NCBI GenBank assembly: GCA_934149465.1
Contig: CAKPEZ010000001.1
Coordinates: 135,178 to 199,177 of the forward strand
Length of the DNA: 64,000 nucleotides
Source of the DNA: an uncultured Bacilli bacterium
GTDB lineage: Bacteria; Bacillota_I; Bacilli_A; RF39; UBA660
Direction: 5' to 3'
Position 1 is the stretch's first letter. Every line of letters starts with the position of its first letter. A program made the position numbers and the translations under genes. This document shows positions 59,285 to 64,000 of this stretch, in pieces. Below the pieces are notes generated by a model that did no database searches, was not told where the DNA came from, and saw only the letters and a program-made list of their open reading frames with translations.

Positions 59285-61057
59285 CTACATAACTTGATCA
59301 TATATACTAAACATTGGAATAACAACAGAAAGTAAGATAATTCCAACAATAACCGCAAGTGCTACTATCATAATTGGTTCAATTAAACTTTTTAACTGAG
59401 ATACAATCATCTTCTGATGATCCTGATAATAATTAGCAACCGTCTGCATCATGTCACCCATTCTACCAGTTTTCTCACCAGTTACCATCATTTCATAAGC
59501 AGTACTAGGAAAAGCCCATTGATTCTTAAAAGCAACACTTATTCCTTCACCTGCTTTTAAATTAACAATAGCATCCCCTATCATACTCTTATAAATTTCA
59601 TTATTAGTAATCTTTCCTAAGATCTCCATACTATCAGTAATAAATACATCATGATTAGTCAAAGACGCAAAAGTCTTAGTAAACATAATAATCTCACTAT
59701 CCATAATAACTGTCTTTACTATAGGAAGATGAAGCATAGTCCACTGAACTGCATATCTAAAATTCTTAGATCTCTTATAAAGAAATACAAACAATAATAT
59801 ACATGCCAATACTCCTAGTAATATATATATAAAGTTATTTTTTAAAAACAAGCTAAAATCAATAATTGCTAAAGTAATACCAGGAAGCTCTGCTCCTGCA
59901 GTAGCATATATATCAACAAACTCAGGAACAATAAATAAAATAATAAAAGTAATAATAGCAATCGCAATAACAAAGATTACTGAAGGATAAGTCATTGCTG
60001 TAATAATTTGTCTTCTATTAGCGTCCATTGTTCTATAATAATCAGCCATATCATCAAGTACTTCAGTTAACTGTCCAGTCATCTCAGCAGTCTTTACCAT
60101 ATTAATAAGAAGTTTAGGAAAAACTTCTCCTTGTTTAATAAGTGCTTCACTAAAACTAAGCCCAGTATTAAGTTCATAAATAATTCTCTCATAAACACGC
60201 TTTTCACTTTTTTTCTTAGTTTGTTTACTCAAGATCTTAACTGAATCTATAAGCGTAATACCTGCTTTAATATAAGTAGAAAGCTGTGTTAAAAAAAACT
60301 CTAACTGTTTAGGCTTCATCTTCTTACCAAAAGTAAATTCAGCTAATTTAAAAGTATTCGCAAGCTTATCTTCATCAATACGATAAACTTCATAACCTTG
60401 GCTTAATAAAAATGAATGAACTTCTACTTTTGAATAAGCATCAAAAGAGCCCTTAATAATATTCCCATCAGTATCTCCAACTAAATAAGTATAACGTATT
60501 TTCTTCTTATTAACTCTTGTATCTAAAGTAGAAAAATCTAAAATAACTCTTTGTTTTTCAAGTTTTTTATTTATTTTCTTTTGTTTTTCTAAACGCACTT
60601 CTTCTTTACTTAGAATCTTCTTTTTTTGTTTTACCTTCTTAGGAACAATCTTCTTTTTAGGGCCATCTCCATAAATATCCTGATTAATAATACTCTGATC
60701 TACTTCTGGAATTACCTCTTCCTTCTTAGGAGTAATACTATTAAGAACATCTTCTTTTTTTCTAATAATCTTACTTTCTGGAATATCTACATTACTAGAA
60801 TTCTCAGAACTATTACTATTTTCTTCAAAATCACCCATATTCATATTAACTTTATTAGGAAGAGAAACCACTACTTTATCATCTTTCTTTAAAGAAGCAT
60901 TATAATCACTAATATCTTCTTTTCTTTTCTTCTTTCTTCCTATATAAAAAGGAAAAGTAATAATATCACATAAAACATTATAAATAACTGTCTCTATCTT
61001 ATAAACGAGTCTGAAAGGAAAAAGAAGTACTTTCAAAATAATATTCATAAATAACAC
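59285..61057 (-). CDS. pilC: Type II secretion/type IV pilus platform protein (GspF/PilC family) with a ~190-aa N-terminal extension
   Basis: 590 aa. Two GspF repeats (TAEMTGQL, TGEKTGRM) and 3 TMs, preceded by a TM plus a Lys-rich disordered extension. Confidence 0.75.
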   Translation of the reverse strand: MLFMNIILKVLLFPFRLVYKIETVIYNVLCDIITFPFYIGRKKKRKEDISDYNASLKKDDKVVVSLPNKVNMNMGDFEENSNSSENSSNVDIPESKIIRKKEDVLNSITPKKEEVIPEVDQSIINQDIYGDGPKKKIVPKKVKQKKKILSKEEVRLEKQKKINKKLEKQRVILDFSTLDTRVNKKKIRYTYLVGDTDGNIIKGSFDAYSKVEVHSFLLSQGYEVYRIDEDKLANTFKLAEFTFGKKMKPKQLEFFLTQLSTYIKAGITLIDSVKILSKQTKKKSEKRVYERIIYELNTGLSFSEALIKQGEVFPKLLINMVKTAEMTGQLTEVLDDMADYYRTMDANRRQIITAMTYPSVIFVIAIAIITFIILFIVPEFVDIYATAGAELPGITLAIIDFSLFLKNNFIYILLGVLACILLFVFLYKRSKNFRYAVQWTMLHLPIVKTVIMDSEIIMFTKTFASLTNHDVFITDSMEILGKITNNEIYKSMIGDAIVNLKAGEGISVAFKNQWAFPSTAYEMMVTGEKTGRMGDMMQTVANYYQDHQKMIVSQLKSLIEPIMIVALAVIVGIILLSVVIPMFSIYDQVM

Positions 61058-61151
61058 CCTCTACTCTTATATCTATTTTAACATATATTTTTCTTTTTTT
61101 AACAAAAAAGAATAAAAAACATATATTATTTTAGGAAGGAGTATCAATCTT

Positions 61152-61544
61152 ATGTTTGGAAGAGAAATTTATAATCCCTATATAACTCCTACTTTTGGAA
61201 TAAATCCTACTTTTAATATCCCAACTAATCAAACGCTAGCAAATGGTCTATTAAGAGGAAATGTAGGAAGGGGCGCTACTGGATTACTAAGCAGACTTAG
61301 AAGCGGAATCAATTGGTCAGGAATAATCACTAACACAGGAAAAACATTAGATGTAATTAATAGAGCAATCCCAATTGTTAAACAAGCAGGACCTATGTTT
61401 AACAATATGAAAACTATGTTTAAACTAGCTTCTGCTTTCAAAGATGAAAGTGGTACTAATCAAAAAGAAGTAAAAGATTCTTCTAAAAAAGAAGTCTCAA
61501 AAGAAGAAAAAAATTATAATGAAGAACCAGTCTTCTTCATCTAG
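61152..61544 (+). CDS. Hypothetical protein
   Basis: 130 aa. Gly/Asn-rich N-terminus and a Lys/Glu-rich C-terminus. Confidence 0.3.
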   Translation: MFGREIYNPYITPTFGINPTFNIPTNQTLANGLLRGNVGRGATGLLSRLRSGINWSGIITNTGKTLDVINRAIPIVKQAGPMFNNMKTMFKLASAFKDESGTNQKEVKDSSKKEVSKEEKNYNEEPVFFI

Positions 61545-61568
61545 CGCTTTAAAAAAGCGCTTTTATTA
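61543..61568 (+). terminator. Rho-independent terminator
   Basis: 8-bp stem agcgcttt/aaagcgct with a 3-nt loop, followed by tttatt. Confidence 0.55.
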
Positions 61569-61599
61569 TGCTATAATAAAAAATATTAGGAGAAATATT

Positions 61600-61911
61600 A
61601 TGAAAAAATTATTTGATAACTTTTTAAAAAATGGATTATCTGAATATGATAAAAAATACGTACTAGACTTTAAATACATAATGCTTTTATCTAAAAATAA
61701 TATAATAAAAGCTTATTTTGCAAACATTGATTACAGCTATTTCATTGAATATCCATCTAACAAAGAATATAACGATCCTAAAGAAGTCTTAAAAAGTGAG
61801 ATATCTCTTTGTAATAGTGATGCTGGAATAATCTACGAAAACTTTAATGGAACTTTTAAAACGATTGCATTTATAAATAAAAAAGATAATTCTAATAAAA
61901 AAAGTTATTAA
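61600..61911 (+). CDS. Hypothetical protein
   Basis: Start reassigned to the ATG at 61600, which has an AGGAG RBS 8 nt upstream. The upstream part of ORF 61519..61911 spans the terminator. Confidence 0.35.
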   Translation: MKKLFDNFLKNGLSEYDKKYVLDFKYIMLLSKNNIIKAYFANIDYSYFIEYPSNKEYNDPKEVLKSEISLCNSDAGIIYENFNGTFKTIAFINKKDNSNKKSY

Positions 61912-63203
61912 CTCTTTCTTTTTTTATAATACTTATATTCAAGTAAAACATCATTTCTAAGTAAATAAACAGAACTAATATTAATAACAGATAAAAGACC
62001 AATTACTAAGTCAACACTATTCCAAATAAAATTAGCCGAAGAAATATATCCTAGTATTAAAAAGAAAATACTACCTAATTTAAAAACAAATATTCCCTTT
62101 TTCTTAATATTAGGAAAAATATATAATAAAGAGCTTTCTCCAAAATAATAACCAGATATAACAGTAGAAAATGCAAATAAAAGAGTAACAATCATCAAAA
62201 GATATTTTCCTATCGTACCAAAATGATAATTAAAAGCATAAGAAGTAAGTTCTATCCCATTAAAATTATTAAAGTCAAGATCTTGATATGGAGAAAGCAA
62301 AATAATAAAAGCCGTAATAGTACATACTATAAGTGAAGTAATATATACCCCGCTCATTTGAGCAAATCCTTGTTTAATAGGATTAGAGCTTGAAATACCA
62401 GATGAAATAGCGCTCGTTCCTACTCCTGCTTCATTAGAAAATATTCCTCTTTGAATACCTACTATCATCGTATAGAAAAATCCTGATAAAATACTTCTAA
62501 AATTAAAAGCACTTCCCATAATTATCTCAAAAATACTTTCTACATTATTAAAGTTTTTAACAATTATAATTAACCCTATTCCTATGTAAAATATTCCCAT
62601 AATAGGAACAAAAAAAGAAATAAACTTATATAATTTATTCTTTCTTCCAAAGATAATTATAATATATAGAAAAATTATTATTAAAAGAAGTGCTATTTCT
62701 TTAAAGTTAATCGTATACTTAACAGATTTAATCATAGTATTAACTTGAATAGGTAAAAATCCACCTATATAAGCAAGTATTATAAAAATAGCATATATAA
62801 TAGAGATCTTCTTCATATTTAAGCCCTTCTTTATATAATAAGATGCCCCTCCCCTATAGGAATCTAAAGCTTTTTCTTTATAAACAGATCCCAAAACAGA
62901 CTCAGCAAAACAAATAGAAGCACTTAATAAAGAAATAACCCATACCCAAAAGATAGTCCCTGCTCCTCCTAAATAAATAGCAAGCGCTATTCCAGATAAA
63001 GATCCTATCCCAATCTTAGCACCAAGTGATAAAGATAACGCCTCAAAAACAGATACACTACTATTATCATCCCTCTTAAAAGAAGAAAATATATCTCTAA
63101 ACTTAAACTGAATAAAACCTAAACTCTTAGTAAAATAAATACCTACTAAAATAATAAGAGCAGTTACTAAAGCCCAAATAATATTAAGAATAATCTTATA
63201 CAT
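61908..63203 (-). CDS. Alanine/glycine:cation symporter (AGCS family)
   Basis: 431 aa, about 11 TMs. Carries the SLGAKIGIGSLSGIALAIYLGGAGTIFWVW signature. Confidence 0.8.
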   Translation of the reverse strand: MYKIILNIIWALVTALIILVGIYFTKSLGFIQFKFRDIFSSFKRDDNSSVSVFEALSLSLGAKIGIGSLSGIALAIYLGGAGTIFWVWVISLLSASICFAESVLGSVYKEKALDSYRGGASYYIKKGLNMKKISIIYAIFIILAYIGGFLPIQVNTMIKSVKYTINFKEIALLLIIIFLYIIIIFGRKNKLYKFISFFVPIMGIFYIGIGLIIIVKNFNNVESIFEIIMGSAFNFRSILSGFFYTMIVGIQRGIFSNEAGVGTSAISSGISSSNPIKQGFAQMSGVYITSLIVCTITAFIILLSPYQDLDFNNFNGIELTSYAFNYHFGTIGKYLLMIVTLLFAFSTVISGYYFGESSLLYIFPNIKKKGIFVFKLGSIFFLILGYISSANFIWNSVDLVIGLLSVINISSVYLLRNDVLLEYKYYKKRKS

Positions 63204-63282
63204 AAATATTCACCAAAATATTATATATCATAATATTAAATAAATAATTGTCAAAAAAAGAAGATCCTTTTTTAAGAATCTT

Positions 63283-64000
63283 CTAAAAATCTTGTCTATT
63301 TCTTAAGAATGGAGGAATATCTAGATCACTATCACTACTATCAGTAGTATCATTACTACTATCTAAAGTTTCTCTAGATAATTCATCTCTCCTAGTAGTA
63401 TTAAAACTATGATATAATGGTTCACTAGGTTTTTCAAAACCAGTTGCAATAACAGTTACTATTACCTCATCATTTAAGTTCTCATTAATAACTGCTCCAA
63501 AAATAGTATTAATATCAGTATTAGCAGCACTTCTAATAACTTCAGCAGCTTCTTCTACTTCAAATAAAGTTAAATTAGATCCACCAGTTACATTAATAAT
63601 AGCATCAGTAGCACCACTTATTGAAGTTTCTAATAAAGGAGAGGCTACAGCTTGTTTAGCAGCTTCAACGGCTCTTTCATCACCAGTTCCAACACCAATA
63701 CCAATAAGAGCATTACCACGATCTTTCATAACTGATTTAACATCAGCAAAATCTAGATTAACAAGACCAGCAACTGCAATTAAGTCTGATATTGATTGAA
63801 CCCCTCTATGTAAGACATTATCTACTTCTCTAAATGCATCTAACATAGGAGTTGATTTATCAATAAGCTCACGTAAACGATCATTTGGAATAACAATCAA
63901 AGTATCAACGTGTTTCTTTAACTCATCTAATCCTTGAACTGCTTGTTCCATACGTTTTTTACCTTCAAAACTAAAAGGCTTTGTAACAATACCTACTGTA
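63283..64000 (-). CDS. ftsZ: Cell division protein FtsZ, 3' portion only
   Basis: Tubulin-like C-domain (T7 loop [24 protein letters not shown]) and the C-terminal DIPPFLR tail. The gene runs off the window edge. Confidence 0.85.
   Translation of the reverse strand, partial: TVGIVTKPFSFEGKKRMEQAVQGLDELKKHVDTLIVIPNDRLRELIDKSTPMLDAFREVDNVLHRGVQSISDLIAVAGLVNLDFADVKSVMKDRGNALIGIGVGTGDERAVEAAKQAVASPLLETSISGATDAIINVTGGSNLTLFEVEEAAEVIRSAANTDINTIFGAVINENLNDEVIVTVIATGFEKPSEPLYHSFNTTRRDELSRETLDSSNDTTDSSDSDLDIPPFLRNRQDF

Noticed and set aside
1-64000. Prophage, integrase, transposase or IS elements flanking the accessory blocks
   Set aside because: No tyrosine or serine recombinase, DDE transposase or terminal inverted repeats recognised. 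The islands appear to be old insertions or defence hotspots rather than intact mobile elements.

Overview
This 64-kb window is chromosomal DNA from a very AT-rich, endospore-forming low-GC Firmicute (Bacillota). About 70 of roughly 75 genes lie on the minus strand, so the minus strand is probably the leading strand. Genus was not resolved.

The backbone is housekeeping and sporulation genes:
- spoIIAA-like, sigF, an XRE regulator and spoVAC/spoVAD/spoVAEb;
- topA, mtaB, rsmE, tRNA-Arg(TCT), rpmF/yceD, an M16 peptidase pair, deoD, ftsK, rsmH-ftsL-PBP, rpsU, ruvA, ddl and obg;
- fmt, tRNA-Thr(CGT), lepB-rplS, tspO, gmk, an alanine:cation symporter and the 3' end of ftsZ.

Accessory material is interleaved between these. 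Six groups are worth follow-up:
1. A 566-aa prepilin-type protein whose C-terminal ~170 residues carry about 28 cysteines in xCGC(D/E)TY-like tandem units. It sits directly upstream of fmt and beside a membrane-anchored CPWC thioredoxin, an NPQTG sortase-substrate surface protein and a VanZ-like protein.
2. A pilC-pilD operon with no pilB or pilT in the window. It is coupled to a sensor protein whose GGDEF motif is degenerate (DGNEF).
3. Three tandem secreted proteins, plus a fourth at 38-610, that carry SipW-cognate (TasA-like) signal peptides and share a YxLYxWxDG motif. The largest contains a ~120-bp patch of GC-rich codons, and a perfect 31-bp tandem duplication sits in the cluster's promoter.
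4. A defence-like island: a membrane-anchored HNH endonuclease with a topoisomerase-type zinc ribbon, a HipA-like kinase, and an AbiL-like pair (AAA ATPase plus a Toprim-like RloB/DUF4276 protein).
5. A lone plus-strand HerA/FtsK-family ATPase next to tRNA-Thr.
6. An extracytoplasmic flavinylation cluster (ApbE, NusG-II, Gx-like, FMN-binding lipoprotein).

No rRNA, CRISPR array, integrase or transposase was seen.
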